DNA from: an uncultured Adlercreutzia sp.
Lineage (GTDB): Bacteria > Actinomycetota > Coriobacteriia > Coriobacteriales > Eggerthellaceae
Reading direction: 5' to 3'
Length of the DNA stretch: 64,000 bases
Assembly (NCBI RefSeq): GCF_958431955.1
Contig: NZ_CAUASN010000009.1
Span: 11,645-75,644, forward strand
Shown here: in pieces, positions 10,050 to 19,849 of the stretch
Layout of the letters: every line of letters begins with the position of its first letter
How positions within the stretch are numbered: position 1 is the first letter of the stretch
The notes under the pieces: generated by a model
Told to the model about the DNA's origin: nothing
Databases searched by the model: none
What the model saw: the letters and a program-made list of their open reading frames with translations, nothing else
Translations under genes and position numbers: made by a program

Positions 10050-10203
10050 GGTCTTTCCAACCTGTCCGCCCACGCGATGGCGGACGTCTTGATTCGCTCA
10101 GACAGTCCTCGCTTTGTGGAAATGCCCACAGGGCATTTCCAGTCGCTGCGGAACTCGCTCGGTCAAGGCATCCGCCATCGCGCGGGCTGCTCTTCCTTTT
10201 CTG

Positions 10204-10995
10204 CTAGGCTTCCAAATCCTCGATGGTCAGCGGGCGCTCCTCCGCTTCCAAAGCATCGCTCACCTGGTAGGTTCCCTGGCAGGCGGCCACGCCGTCGGCC
10301 ACCGAGAGCGTTCCCTCGTAAATGGCGCGGCCGGCGATGACGCCCTCCACCGCGTCGGCAATGGGCGCAAGTGCCACAATGTCGGCCGCGGTGGCTATGC
10401 CGCCGGACACGATGACCGGGTTGCGGAAGGCCTCGGCGACGTCCGCGTAGGCATGCGGATCCACACCGGTCTGCATGCCGTCGCGGGCGATGTCGGTATA
10501 CACGATGTGCTCATAGCCCAAGTCGGCCATGCGCGCCGCCAGATCCAGCGCCGGCATGCCGGAGCCCTCGGTCCAGCCGGCCACGGCGGCCTCGCCGGCC
10601 TTCGCGTCGATGCCGGCCACGAGCGCGTCGGGGCCGAACTTCTCGATGGCGGCCTGGGCGAAGTCGGGGTCGCGCACGAGCGCGGTGCCCAGAATGACGC
10701 GGGTCGCCCCCGCGTCCAGCAGGCGATCGGCCGCCTCGAGCGAGCGCACGCCGCCGCCCACTTCCACGGAAAGCTTCGTGCGCGCCAGGATGCGGCGCAC
10801 CACCTCGATGTTGTCGGGGTTGCCCGACTTCGCGCCGTCGAGGTCTACCACATGCAGCCACGTGGCGCCGTCCTCCTCGAACAGCTGGGCCTGCAGCGCC
10901 GGGTCGTCGTGGTACACGGTGACGGCGTCGTAATCGCCACGGGCCAGGCGCACGGCGCGACCGTCCAGAATATCGATAGCGGGCAAAAGGTACAT
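10204..10995 (-). CDS. hisA: ProFAR isomerase (1-(5-phosphoribosyl)-5-[(5-phosphoribosylamino)methylideneamino]imidazole-4-carboxamide isomerase)
   Basis: MYLLPAIDILDGRAVRLARGDYD ... GGGVRS ... VSGGIA. Track ORF 10204..11325 trimmed to ATG 10995, which has GAAGGAG upstream. Confidence 0.9.
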   Translation of the reverse strand: MYLLPAIDILDGRAVRLARGDYDAVTVYHDDPALQAQLFEEDGATWLHVVDLDGAKSGNPDNIEVVRRILARTKLSVEVGGGVRSLEAADRLLDAGATRVILGTALVRDPDFAQAAIEKFGPDALVAGIDAKAGEAAVAGWTEGSGMPALDLAARMADLGYEHIVYTDIARDGMQTGVDPHAYADVAEAFRNPVIVSGGIATAADIVALAPIADAVEGVIAGRAIYEGTLSVADGVAACQGTYQVSDALEAEERPLTIEDLEA

Positions 10996-11039
10996 GATCG
11001 GCTCCTTCAGAGGATTGCTTGACGGGAATGCTTCCGCGC

Positions 11040-11726
11040 TCAGTTTCCCACGACGGCGTCCGCGCGGGGCGCCGTGCGGGCAACGGTTACGAAGTTGGCG
11101 AGCATGCGCGCGCCGGCATCCGAGCTCTTCTCGGGGTGGAACTGCACGCCCCACACGGGGCGCCCCGGCACCTGCACAGCACTCGGGAACGTCACGGAGT
11201 GCACGGTCTCGGCCACGGTGGCCGCGCTCGCCGGCGCGGCGAAGCTGTGGGTGAAGTAGAAGAACTCGCCCGGCGCCAGCCCCTCGAACAGCGGGTTCGG
11301 CTCGGCAAACTCCACCGAGTTCCATCCCACATGGGGCACCTTGTAGGCACGCCCGGCCGCATCCACACGGGGCATAGCATCCACCGTGCCCGGAATGAAG
11401 CCAAGGCCGCGGGGCAGGAGGCCGCCTTCGGGCGCATGCTCGGTGCCGGCATCGAACATGAGGTGCATGCCGAGGCAGATACCGAGGAAAGGCGCGCCGG
11501 CCTCAACCACCTCCACGATGGCCGCGCGCTGGCCCAGCGCATCCAGCGCGGCCGCCGCATCGGCAAAGGCCCCCACCCCGGGCAGCACGAGCGCGTCGGC
11601 GGTGCGGATGACGGCCGGTTCGTCGCTCACGACGACCTCGGCCCCCGCGCCCGCCAGCCCCCGCTCCACCGAGAGCAGATTCCCCTTGTGATAGTCCACA
11701 ACGACGATGGCCATGGCTACAGGCAC
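11040..11726 (-). CDS. hisH: imidazole glycerol phosphate synthase, glutaminase subunit
   Basis: [20 protein letters not shown] ... LPGVGAF ... [10 protein letters not shown] ... HVGWN is the class-I amidotransferase triad pattern. The start may be ATG 11714 instead of 11726. Confidence 0.9.
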   Translation of the reverse strand: MPVAMAIVVVDYHKGNLLSVERGLAGAGAEVVVSDEPAVIRTADALVLPGVGAFADAAAALDALGQRAAIVEVVEAGAPFLGICLGMHLMFDAGTEHAPEGGLLPRGLGFIPGTVDAMPRVDAAGRAYKVPHVGWNSVEFAEPNPLFEGLAPGEFFYFTHSFAAPASAATVAETVHSVTFPSAVQVPGRPVWGVQFHPEKSSDAGARMLANFVTVARTAPRADAVVGN

Positions 11727-12307
11727 CCCTTCGTGGAGGGCACCTCGCCGGCAAGGGCCGCATCGATGGCCACGGCCTGGCGCAGGGCGCGGCCTGCGGC
11801 CTTGAAGGCGGCCTCGAAGATATGGTGCACGTTGTCGCCGGCCTGCTGCCGCACGTGCAGGGTAATGCCGGCGTTGGCGGCCAGGGCGATGAAGAACTCG
11901 CGGGCCAGCTGGGTGTCGAAGTCGCCCACCATGCCGAAGGGCACCTCCACGGCCCAGTGCAGCTGCCCGCGCCCGGAGATATCGAGGGCCGCCAGCACGA
12001 GCGCCTCGTCCATGGGCACAAACGCGCTCCCGTAGCGCGTAATGCCGGCCTTATCCCCTAAAGCCTCGGCCAGCGCCTGGCCGATCACGATGCCCGCATC
12101 CTCCACCGTGTGGTGGCCGTCCACCTGCAAGTCCCCCGCCACGCGCACCGCCAGATCGATGCGGCCATGACGGGCAAACGCCGTGAGCATGTGGTCGAAA
12201 AAGCCGATGCCGGTGCTCACCTCGGCCCGGCCGCTGCCGTCCAGGTTCACCGTCACCTCGATGTCGGTCTCGGCCGTGGCGCGGCTTACCGTCGCCGTCC
12301 TCTCCAT
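11717..12307 (-). CDS. hisB: imidazoleglycerol-phosphate dehydratase
   Basis: [26 protein letters not shown] ... [16 protein letters not shown] ... [24 protein letters not shown] lies before ATG 12307. Confidence 0.9.
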   Translation of the reverse strand: MERTATVSRATAETDIEVTVNLDGSGRAEVSTGIGFFDHMLTAFARHGRIDLAVRVAGDLQVDGHHTVEDAGIVIGQALAEALGDKAGITRYGSAFVPMDEALVLAALDISGRGQLHWAVEVPFGMVGDFDTQLAREFFIALAANAGITLHVRQQAGDNVHHIFEAAFKAAGRALRQAVAIDAALAGEVPSTKGCL

Positions 12308-12321
12308 GAGCGCTCCTTCCC

Positions 12322-13419
12322 TCACACCCGCGCCGACCGGGCGCGGGCCTGGCCCCGCTCGGCCGTAAAGGCCCGCAGAAGCCGGATGAACTCGTCGTTC
12401 TGCTCGGGCGTGCCGATGGTCACGCGCAGGCAGTCCTCCAAAAGCGGCGTGGACGAGAAGTCGCGCACGAGCACGCCGTTGTCGTACAGATAGGCCCAGG
12501 CCTCACTCGCATCGTCCATGCGGAACAGGATCCAGTTGGAATCCGACGGCCACACGCGCACGCCGACCGTGGTGCGCAGCGCCTCCATCACGCGCCCGCG
12601 CTCCTCGATGATCTCGCGGATGCCGGGCTCGAAGCGGGAGCGGTTCTCGTAGACCACTTCCCCGATAGCCTGGGACACCGCGTCCACCGAGTAGGGCTGG
12701 CGCACCTTCACGAACTCGCGGATGACGCCCGGGTTCGCCAGAATGTAGCCGAGGCGCACCCCGGCGAGCGAGAACGCCTTCGAGAACGTGCGCAGGATGA
12801 CCAGGTTCTCGTGGGCGGCCAGAAGCGGGCGGCAGGTCTGGCGGGAGAACTCGAAGTAGGCCTCGTCCACCATCACGAGCGCATCGGTGGCATCGAGCAG
12901 CCGCTCGAGGAAGTCCTGGGGGCAGCGCAGGCCCGTGGGGTTGTTCGGGCTCGCCACGATGACGTAGTCGATGTCGCCCTCGGCCAGACGCTCGAAGGTC
13001 GCCTCCTCGTCGATGGCGAAGTCCTCGGTGCGCGCGATGTCCACCACCGTCGTGTTCGTAAGGCGCGCGTTGGCCGCGTACACCGAGAACGTGGGCGGGA
13101 AGTTCAGGCAGGTGCGCCCCGGCCCTCCCCAGGCGAGCGCCAGATCGAACAGGAGCTCGTCTCCCCCGTTGCCCAAAAGCACGCAGGAGCGATCGAGCCC
13201 GTTGGCTTCGGCGATCATGTCGCGCAGCCCGTTGGCGAGCGGATCGGGGTAGCGGTTGAAGGGCACCTGGGCGATTGCGCGGGCAATGAGCTCGCGCAGC
13301 TCGGCATCCACGTCGCGCGGGTTCTCGTTGGCCGAGAGGAACGCCCGGGCCGGCAGGTACTTCGGGTCGTAGGGCTCAAGCCCCTCAAGCTGGGGAGCCG
13401 CCGCGCGCACCCTATTCAT
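12322..13419 (-). CDS. hisC: histidinol-phosphate aminotransferase
   Basis: [14 protein letters not shown] ... ASPNNPTG ... [16 protein letters not shown] shows the PLP Lys motif. Trimmed to ATG 13419. Confidence 0.9.
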   Translation of the reverse strand: MNRVRAAAPQLEGLEPYDPKYLPARAFLSANENPRDVDAELRELIARAIAQVPFNRYPDPLANGLRDMIAEANGLDRSCVLLGNGGDELLFDLALAWGGPGRTCLNFPPTFSVYAANARLTNTTVVDIARTEDFAIDEEATFERLAEGDIDYVIVASPNNPTGLRCPQDFLERLLDATDALVMVDEAYFEFSRQTCRPLLAAHENLVILRTFSKAFSLAGVRLGYILANPGVIREFVKVRQPYSVDAVSQAIGEVVYENRSRFEPGIREIIEERGRVMEALRTTVGVRVWPSDSNWILFRMDDASEAWAYLYDNGVLVRDFSSTPLLEDCLRVTIGTPEQNDEFIRLLRAFTAERGQARARSARV

Positions 13420-14788
13420 CGGCCCCGTCCTTCGCAGCCTCGCCCGCATCCACGCCCGCCGGAGCCGAGGCGCCGGCCACGCTCGCCTGCTCGGCGTCCA
13501 AGAGCGCGCGCAGGCGCAGGGCCACCGACTGGGCGTGCGCCCACAGTCCCTCGTGGGTGGCGATCTGCACCACGGCGCGGGCGTCGTGCTTCAGAGCCGC
13601 CGGCGTGTACTGGATGATGGAGGACTTCTTCACGTAGTCGTCCACGGAAAGCGGCGAGGCGTAGCGGGCCGTGCCGCCGGTGGGTAGCGTGTGGTTGGGG
13701 CCGGCCACGTAGTCGCCCACGGCCTCGGGAGTCCACTCGCCCAGGAAAATCGCGCCGGCGTTGCGGATGGAGCCGAGGTATTCCATCGCGTGGGCCACGT
13801 GCATCTCCAAATGCTCCGGGGCGATGACGTTCACCGCCTCTAAGGCCTGCTCCATAGAGGTGCACACCACGATGAGGCCGTGGTCGTCCAAAGAGGCGCG
13901 GGTGATGTCGGCGCGAGTGGTGCGGGTCATGTGGTCGGCGATGGCCGCCTCCACCTCGTCGGCATAGGCGTCCGAGAACGTGACCAGGTAGCAGGCCGCC
14001 AGCGGGTCGTGCTCGGCCTGGGCCATGAGATCGATGGCCACCATGGCAGGCTCGGCGGTCTCGTCGGCCACCACGCATACCTCGGAGGGGCCGGCGATCA
14101 TGTCGATGCCCACGTCTCCCGACACGAGCTTCTTCGCCGCGGCCACGAAGGCGTTGCCCGGGCCGGTGATCTTGGCCACGGGGCGGATGGTCTCGGTGCC
14201 GTAGGCGAGCGCCGCCACCGCCTGGGCGCCGCCCACCGTGTAGATCTCGGTCACGCCGGCGATCTTGCAGGCGGCGAGAACCGTGGCATCCAGCGTGCCG
14301 TCCTTGGTCGGCGGCGTCACGCACACGATGCGCTCCACCCCGGCCACCTGGGCCGGCAGGGCGTTCATGAGCACCGTGGAGGGATAGAGCGCCCGACCGC
14401 CCGGCACGTAGATGCCCACCGAGTCGAGCGGGGTCACCTTCGAGCCCACGATGGCGCCGTCTTCCCGGGCGAAGAACCAGCTCTGCTGCTTCTGGCGCTC
14501 GTGGAAGTCGCGGATCTGGGCCGCGGCGTGCTTGAGCGCGTCGATGGTCTCGGGATCGCAGGAGGCCACGGCCTCATCGATGGCGCTCTCGGGCACGCGG
14601 AAGTCGTCGATGGCCACGCCGTCGAACTTCTCGGTAAGCGCGCGCAGGGCCGCATCGCCCTCCTTTCGCACCTGCTCGATGATGGCGGTGGCCGCCGTGA
14701 GCGCGCCGGGGTTGAAGGCGCCGGTGCGGTCGATGAAGTCGGGGGTGAACGGCTCCAGGGGCTTCAGGTCGATGCGTCGCATGGTCAT
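13412..14788 (-). CDS. hisD: histidinol dehydrogenase
   Basis: Track ORF trimmed to MTMRRIDLK with AAGGAGAAA upstream. [33 protein letters not shown] and QAEHDP are HisD signatures. Confidence 0.95.
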   Translation of the reverse strand: MTMRRIDLKPLEPFTPDFIDRTGAFNPGALTAATAIIEQVRKEGDAALRALTEKFDGVAIDDFRVPESAIDEAVASCDPETIDALKHAAAQIRDFHERQKQQSWFFAREDGAIVGSKVTPLDSVGIYVPGGRALYPSTVLMNALPAQVAGVERIVCVTPPTKDGTLDATVLAACKIAGVTEIYTVGGAQAVAALAYGTETIRPVAKITGPGNAFVAAAKKLVSGDVGIDMIAGPSEVCVVADETAEPAMVAIDLMAQAEHDPLAACYLVTFSDAYADEVEAAIADHMTRTTRADITRASLDDHGLIVVCTSMEQALEAVNVIAPEHLEMHVAHAMEYLGSIRNAGAIFLGEWTPEAVGDYVAGPNHTLPTGGTARYASPLSVDDYVKKSSIIQYTPAALKHDARAVVQIATHEGLWAHAQSVALRLRALLDAEQASVAGASAPAGVDAGEAAKDGADE

Positions 14789-14807
14789 GGGTTTCTCCTT
14801 CGGTAGG

Positions 14808-16526
14808 TTAGCGGGCGGGATGTACCGCGCCGGCGATGGGCGCGTAGGTGTGCTTCGGGGCATTCTCGGCCAGGGCGCGGGCGAGGCCCACGATGCGCTC
14901 GTCGGTGCGCAGGGCGCAGCCGTTGGCGAAGAAGCGGGCCGTGGAGGCCAGCACCTCCTCGACGATCTCCAGGTTGTTCTCGGCAAGGGTGGTGCCCGTA
15001 GCCGTGATGTCCACGATGCGCTCGGCGAGGCCCACCATGGGGGCCAGCTCAACGTTGCCGTGCAAATACACGATCTCCACCTGGGTGCCCGTCCGCGCGA
15101 AGTGCGCCCGGGTGATGGAGGGGTACTTCGTGGCGATGCGCATGCTGCCGAGCTTGCGGTAGCGATCCTCGATGGCGGCGCTCGTTCCGGCCGACTCGGC
15201 CACCACGAAGCGGCAGCCGCCGAAGCGCAAATCCACGAGCTCCACTACGTCGGCGCCCACTTCCAAAAGCGAGTCCTTGCCGCAAATGCCGCAGTCGGCA
15301 GCGCCCAGGGCCACGAACACCGGCGCGTCGGAGGGCCTCACGATGATGTAGTCGACCCCCGGGTTCGAGATGACGAGCGAGCGGCCCGGCGCGTCGAGCC
15401 CCGTGGTGTCGAGACCCGCCTCGGCCAGACACGCGATGGCCTCGGCGTTGAGCGAGCCCTTCGGAACGGCGATGCGCAGCGGGCGCGTGGCCGCATCGGC
15501 GGGAAGGTCGGCCTCGGCGGAGGCGGCGGCCATGGCCTGTTCCAGGTAGAAGGCAAAGCCGGCGGCCGGCCGGTCGGTACCGTAGGCGCCGATCATGCGA
15601 TCGTAGCGCCCCCCGGAGCCGAGCGGGGCCCCCAGATGGGGCGAGGCGGCCTCGAAGACCATGCCCGTGTAGTAGTTGAACGAGCTCACCACTGAGAAGT
15701 CCACGAGGATCCGCTCGCCGAGGCCCTCCCCGACGAGCTGGTCGTAGATGGCCTGGAACTCGTCCAGATCGGCCACGCAGCCCAAAGGCGACACGAGCGC
15801 GCGCACCTCGTCGATGGCCTCCTGGCCGCCGCGGATGCGGGCGAGGCGCGCGATGGCGTCGGCGTAGGCCGGGGCCGCGTTGCCCGGCTCGGGCACCTCC
15901 GCCCCGTCCTCGGGCCTCACACCCACGGCCGCGGCGCAGAGGCGGTCGAGCGCCACGAAGTCGGAGTCGTGATAGGCCTCGAGCACCGCCGCCTTCCACG
16001 GCTCGGCGCCCCCGGAGCGCTCGAGGAGCGCCCGCAGCACGCCCACCGTGGCAAGCCCCAACGTGAAATCGCGCACGCCGGCGAGCACGAGGGCCTCGGC
16101 GAACAAGGCGATGATCTCGGCATCGGTGCCGGGCCCCGCCTGGCCGATGCACTCCACGCCGCACTGGGTGAGCTCGCGGGCGAGCGCCTGGTTGTCGGTC
16201 TCGGTCTCGCGGAAGACGCGCTGGGTGTAGCGGAAGCGCAGCGGACCTTCCTCGGCGGCCATGCGCGTGGCGCAGGCCCGGGCGATCTGCAGGGTGACAT
16301 CCGGGCGCATGGCCAGCAGATCGTCGTGGGAGTCGAAGAACTTGAAGGGGGATGCGGGCATGCGCCCTCCCGCCCTCATGACGTCCATGACCTCCAGGGT
16401 GGGAGTCTCGATGGGCACATAGCCGCGCGCGGCGAACAGGTCTGCCACCGCTCGGGTGATGGCCTCGCGGGCGAGCGCCTCCTCGGCGAGCACGTCGCGG
16501 AAGCCCGATGGGGTCACTGCGTTCAC
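14808..16526 (-). CDS. hisZG: fused ATP phosphoribosyltransferase: HisZ-like regulatory domain plus short-form HisG catalytic domain
   Basis: One open 572-codon frame. The N-terminal ~345 aa are HisRS-like HisZ (SGFRDVLAEEA..., GGRYD). The C-terminal ~210 aa are HisG-S (PLRIAVPKGSLNAEA, IVRPSDAPVFVALGAADCGICGKD, VDITATGTTLAENNL). GTG start 16526. Confidence 0.85.
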   Translation of the reverse strand: MNAVTPSGFRDVLAEEALAREAITRAVADLFAARGYVPIETPTLEVMDVMRAGGRMPASPFKFFDSHDDLLAMRPDVTLQIARACATRMAAEEGPLRFRYTQRVFRETETDNQALARELTQCGVECIGQAGPGTDAEIIALFAEALVLAGVRDFTLGLATVGVLRALLERSGGAEPWKAAVLEAYHDSDFVALDRLCAAAVGVRPEDGAEVPEPGNAAPAYADAIARLARIRGGQEAIDEVRALVSPLGCVADLDEFQAIYDQLVGEGLGERILVDFSVVSSFNYYTGMVFEAASPHLGAPLGSGGRYDRMIGAYGTDRPAAGFAFYLEQAMAAASAEADLPADAATRPLRIAVPKGSLNAEAIACLAEAGLDTTGLDAPGRSLVISNPGVDYIIVRPSDAPVFVALGAADCGICGKDSLLEVGADVVELVDLRFGGCRFVVAESAGTSAAIEDRYRKLGSMRIATKYPSITRAHFARTGTQVEIVYLHGNVELAPMVGLAERIVDITATGTTLAENNLEIVEEVLASTARFFANGCALRTDERIVGLARALAENAPKHTYAPIAGAVHPAR

Positions 16527-16794
16527 GAACCGTTCCCTTCCCGCGCCGGCGGGGCCGGGCGCGCTGCGTTCCTTACGAAATCCCTCACATTATCCGCTTT
16601 CGCGGCGCGCCTGCGCACCGCAGCGGGCGAAAGGCGAATTATCGACAGAGACGCGCCGGGCGCGCCCGCGGGGACGCGATGGCCCGGCCGCGTCGCAAGG
16701 GCACGACGACCGTGCCGCGTCGCGGGGTGCCGCAGGGGCATGACGGACGCCCAAAGGCGCGCGGGCCGATGGCTCAGCTTCTGCCGATACCGTT

Positions 16795-16822
16795 ACTTTA
16801 TCACAGTAGAGTACTAAAGCAA
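16795..16822 (-). promoter_or_regulatory. candidate his operon promoter
   Basis: The minus strand has TTGCTT (16822-16817), a 16-nt spacer and TAAAGT (16800-16795). This is the only AT-rich patch in the 303-nt larC-hisZG gap and would give a ~265-nt leader. Confidence 0.3.
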
Positions 16823-16829
16823 TAGGTTT

Positions 16830-17693
16830 TTACGCGAGCGGTTCGATGATCATGGCCCGCAGGATGCCGGGGGTATCGTAGGCCCGCTTGCCCGCGCCCA
16901 TGCCGACCCGTCGGATGACGAAGCGCTCGGGCAGCGCGTCGGCGGTGCGCAGCGCTCCGGCCACCGCGGCCCCGGTGGGCGTGACGAGCTCCCCTTCCAC
17001 CTCCACCGGCGTCAAGGGCAGCCCGCAGGCCTCGGCGATGAAGGCCGTGGCGGGCGCCGGCACGGGAATGAGGCCGTGCTGGCAGCGCACCGTGCCCGTG
17101 CCGCAGGGCAGATCGGCCACGACGACGCCGTCGGGCGCCAGATCGTCCACCGCCGCGGCGATGGCCACGATGTCGGCGATGGAGTCCACGGCCCCCACCT
17201 CGTGGAAGTGCACGTCGTCCAGGGCGACCCCGTGGGCCCGGGCCTCGGCTTCGGCCACGAGGGCGAAGATGCGCCGGGCGATGTCCTTGGCGCCCTCGGT
17301 CATGGCCGCGCCCGCGATGATCGCCTCGATCTCGCGCGGCCCCCGGTGATGATGGGCGTGGTCGTGCACGCGGCCATGGTCGTGTCCATGCCCATGATCG
17401 TGCCCGTGCGCGTGCCCATGATCGTGCGCGTGGTCGTGGTTGTGGTCGCGTCCGTGCAGATAGACCATGTCGTGGTCGTGGTTCTCGTGGGCCTCATCGA
17501 GCACCACGTTGAAGTCGCACACGTCCAGGCCCGACTTCCTCACCCGTGTGATCTCGACGGAGAAGCCCTCCACCTCCAGGCTCTCGAGCGCCGCGCGCAC
17601 CACCTCTTCCCGCGCGCCGGCGTCCAGCAGGGCCGCTGCGGCCATATCGCCGCTGATGCCCGAGGTGCATTCCAGATACAGAAGCTTCGTCAT
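16830..17693 (-). CDS. larC: LarC-like nickel insertion protein, N-terminal (LarC1-type) part only
   Basis: MTKLLYLECTSGISGDMAAAALLDAGA, a His-rich tract (HENHDHD...HGHAHGHDHGHGHDH...HHH), then HFHEVGAVDSIADIV. It stops after ...GILRAMIIEPLA at 287 aa. The track ORF 16830..18509 upstream part is out-of-frame overlap on larB. Confidence 0.8.
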   Translation of the reverse strand: MTKLLYLECTSGISGDMAAAALLDAGAREEVVRAALESLEVEGFSVEITRVRKSGLDVCDFNVVLDEAHENHDHDMVYLHGRDHNHDHAHDHGHAHGHDHGHGHDHGRVHDHAHHHRGPREIEAIIAGAAMTEGAKDIARRIFALVAEAEARAHGVALDDVHFHEVGAVDSIADIVAIAAAVDDLAPDGVVVADLPCGTGTVRCQHGLIPVPAPATAFIAEACGLPLTPVEVEGELVTPTGAAVAGALRTADALPERFVIRRVGMGAGKRAYDTPGILRAMIIEPLA

Positions 17694-17704
17694 GTTCGCG
17701 CCTT

Positions 17705-18469
17705 TCACGCTCGCGCCTGGCGCGAGTTCAAATGGTTGATGGCGCTCGCCTGGAAGGCGGCGCCGAAGCCGTTGTCGATGTTCACGACCGATACGCCGCT
17801 CGCGCACGAGTTCAGCATGGCCAGAAGCGCCGCGATGCCCCCGAAGGAGGCCCCGTAGCCCACCGAGGTGGGTACCGCGATGACCGGGCACGACACCAGA
17901 CCGCCCACCACGCTGGCGAGCGCCCCCTCCATGCCCGCCACGGCCACGACCGCCCGGGCCGCCCCGAGGGTGTCGGCGCAGTCGAGCAGGCGGTGGATGC
18001 CGGCCACGCCCACATCGTAGAGACGATCCACCTCGTTGCCGAGGAACTCCGCCGTGAGCGCCGCCTCCTCGGCGACGGGCAGATCGCTCGTGCCGGCGGC
18101 GGCCACCACCACGCGCCCGTCGCCGTCGGGCGCGGGCATGCCGCCGAAGACGAGCAGCCGCGCCTCCTCGTGAAACACAAGCGGCACCGGCCGGGCCGCC
18201 AGAGCCGCCGCCAACGAGGACGAGCCCGCGACCCGACGCGCCGCCTCGCGCTCTTCCCAGGCCGCCGCCACCGCCCGGGCCTTCTCGGCGCTCACCCGCG
18301 TGGCCAGCACCCGCTCCTGACCGCCCCCGATGAGCGCCGCGGCGATGGCGGCGATCTGGGCGGCGGTCTTCCCCTCGCCGAAGATCACCTCGCCCGCCCC
18401 TTGGCGGGCCGCCCGATCGAGGTCGGGCCGGGCGAAGTCGAGGACGGAACCGCTGCAATCGATATCCAC
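17705..18469 (-). CDS. larB: LarB-like (PurE-fold) nicotinic acid adenine dinucleotide carboxylase/hydrolase
   Basis: [25 protein letters not shown] ... [46 protein letters not shown]...[11 protein letters not shown] place the start at GTG 18469, preceded by GGAAGAAAGG. The track's longer ORF would run through a terminator and the merR gene. Confidence 0.8.
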   Translation of the reverse strand: MDIDCSGSVLDFARPDLDRAARQGAGEVIFGEGKTAAQIAAIAAALIGGGQERVLATRVSAEKARAVAAAWEEREAARRVAGSSSLAAALAARPVPLVFHEEARLLVFGGMPAPDGDGRVVVAAAGTSDLPVAEEAALTAEFLGNEVDRLYDVGVAGIHRLLDCADTLGAARAVVAVAGMEGALASVVGGLVSCPVIAVPTSVGYGASFGGIAALLAMLNSCASGVSVVNIDNGFGAAFQASAINHLNSRQARA

Positions 18470-18603
18470 GGGGCGTGCCTTTCTTCCCAGCGAACCATAT
18501 CGGCCGCACCGGCCGATCTTGTCGCAGCTATGATAAAGGTTGGAGTTGACTCCATGTCCAGAAAAGAACAGAGGACGGGGGAAGCAAACCGAAAGAACAG
18601 AGC

Positions 18604-18626
18604 AAAACGCCCCGGGATCCGGGGCG
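18604..18626 (-). terminator. intrinsic terminator after merR
   Basis: A perfect 8-bp stem cgccccgg/ccggggcg (18608-18615 / 18619-18626) has a 3-nt loop. A T-run (ttttgctctgttcttt) follows on the minus strand. Confidence 0.7.
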
Positions 18627-18666
18627 GGAAGCGCGGGGATGCCGAGGCCCTTGCGGAAGCCGCGTT

Positions 18667-19050
18667 CTACTCCTCGGGGCGCAGGGCCCGCTCGCTGTCG
18701 GCCATGATGTCGTCGTAGTGGTCGATCTTGTACTGCAAGCGCTCCAGGGCGCGCTCCAGATCGGCGATGCGCTCGCGAATGGCGACGCTCTGGCGGGCAA
18801 GCAGCTCCTTGCGGGCCTCCCGCGTGCCATCGCCCTGGTCGATGAGCTCCATGTACTCCACGAGCGACTCGATGGACATGCCGGCGTCGCGCATGCACTT
18901 GACGAACTCCACCGCGTTGCAGCTGGCCTCGTCGTAGTCGCGGATGCCGCTGCTGTTGCGGGGCACATGGCGCAACAGGCCGATGCGCTCGTAATAGCGC
19001 AGCGTATCGGTGGAGACACCGTAGCGCTTGCTGACTTCCGCGATCTTCAT
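18667..19050 (-). CDS. MerR family transcriptional regulator
   Basis: [26 protein letters not shown]...RNSSGIRDY is the MerR HTH, followed by a coiled-coil dimerisation helix. Trimmed to ATG 19050. Confidence 0.85.
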   Translation of the reverse strand: MKIAEVSKRYGVSTDTLRYYERIGLLRHVPRNSSGIRDYDEASCNAVEFVKCMRDAGMSIESLVEYMELIDQGDGTREARKELLARQSVAIRERIADLERALERLQYKIDHYDDIMADSERALRPEE

Positions 19051-19105
19051 CTGGTCCCTTTCAACGCAGGAGCTGCATTCAGCCACTCTCGCAGACTGCT
19101 TGTCA

Positions 19106-19136
19106 ATTAGACCATATGGAGTAGGCTATAAGTCAA
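19106..19136 (-). promoter_or_regulatory. candidate merR promoter with a 19-nt spacer
   Basis: The minus strand has TTGACT (19136-19131), a 19-nt spacer containing the palindrome CCATATGG, and TCTAAT (19111-19106). A long spacer is typical of MerR-controlled promoters. Confidence 0.4.
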
Positions 19137-19205
19137 GTCCCGCAGGCTCAGAATCCTCCGAATACCTCCCGTCCCTCCCTGAGAGACGGGCGCGCCCGGG
19201 TGTGC

Positions 19206-19817
19206 CTACGCCCCCGCCAATTTGTCGCGCAGAGCGCGCAGGGCGCATCCCCGATGCGAGATGGCGTTCTTCTCCGCCTGGCCCACCTCGGCCAGGGTAC
19301 GTTCTCCGCCGAAGGCATCGGGGAAGAACAGCGGGTCGTAGCCGAAGCCCTCCTCGCCGCGCGCCTCGCGGCCAATGGAGCCCTCTACGGTGCCGCGGGC
19401 CACCGTCTCGGTGCCGTCCTCGTCGATGAACACGAGGGTGCAGGCGAACCGGGCCGTGCGCTTCCCGTCGGGCACCTCCGCCAGCTCGGCGAGCAGCTTC
19501 GCGTTGTTGGCCGCGTCGTCGCCGTCGGCGCCTGCATAACGCGACGAGTACACGCCGGGCGCGCCGTTAAGCGCGTCCACCTCGAGGCCCGAGTCATCGG
19601 CGAGCACCGCGCAGGCAAGACCCGCCGCCTGCGCCGCCGCGCGGGCCGCCGCGGCCTTGATGCGGCCGTTGCCCTCGAAGCTGTCGGCGTCCTCTGCCGG
19701 GTCGGAGACAAGCCCCGCCTCGGACAGCGTGCGGAACTCCCAGCCCTCGAAGTCGAGCGCCGAGCGGATCTCGGACACCTTGTGGGCGTTGTTCGTGGCG
19801 ATGACGACGGTCTTCAT
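19206..19817 (-). CDS. rdgB: non-canonical purine NTP pyrophosphatase (RdgB/HAM1)
   Basis: MKTVVIATNNAHKVSEIRSAL ... FEGNGRIKA ... GFGYDPLFFP ... KNAISHRG. Confidence 0.9.
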   Translation of the reverse strand: MKTVVIATNNAHKVSEIRSALDFEGWEFRTLSEAGLVSDPAEDADSFEGNGRIKAAAARAAAQAAGLACAVLADDSGLEVDALNGAPGVYSSRYAGADGDDAANNAKLLAELAEVPDGKRTARFACTLVFIDEDGTETVARGTVEGSIGREARGEEGFGYDPLFFPDAFGGERTLAEVGQAEKNAISHRGCALRALRDKLAGA

Positions 19818-19849
19818 GGCTCTCCTTCCGATGGCCGCGCGGACGGCCC

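Noticed and set aside
16523-16741. 72-aa ORF in the his leader as a possible histidine attenuation leader peptide, or a T-box
   Set aside because: It has only three scattered His codons and no His run, and I found no T-box core sequence. The leader is kept only as an unexplained structured region.
16830-18509. Single 559-aa minus-strand ORF covering larC and most of larB
   Set aside because: Only the last 287 codons look like LarC. The upstream part is Arg/Gly junk in a frame overlapping the well-supported larB frame, and ATG 17693 gives the canonical MTKLLYLECTSGISGDM start.
17705-18898. 397-aa extended version of larB
   Set aside because: The extension would read through an intrinsic terminator (18604-18626) and the 3' end of the merR gene. 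LarB similarity starts near GTG 18469, which has a ribosome-binding site.
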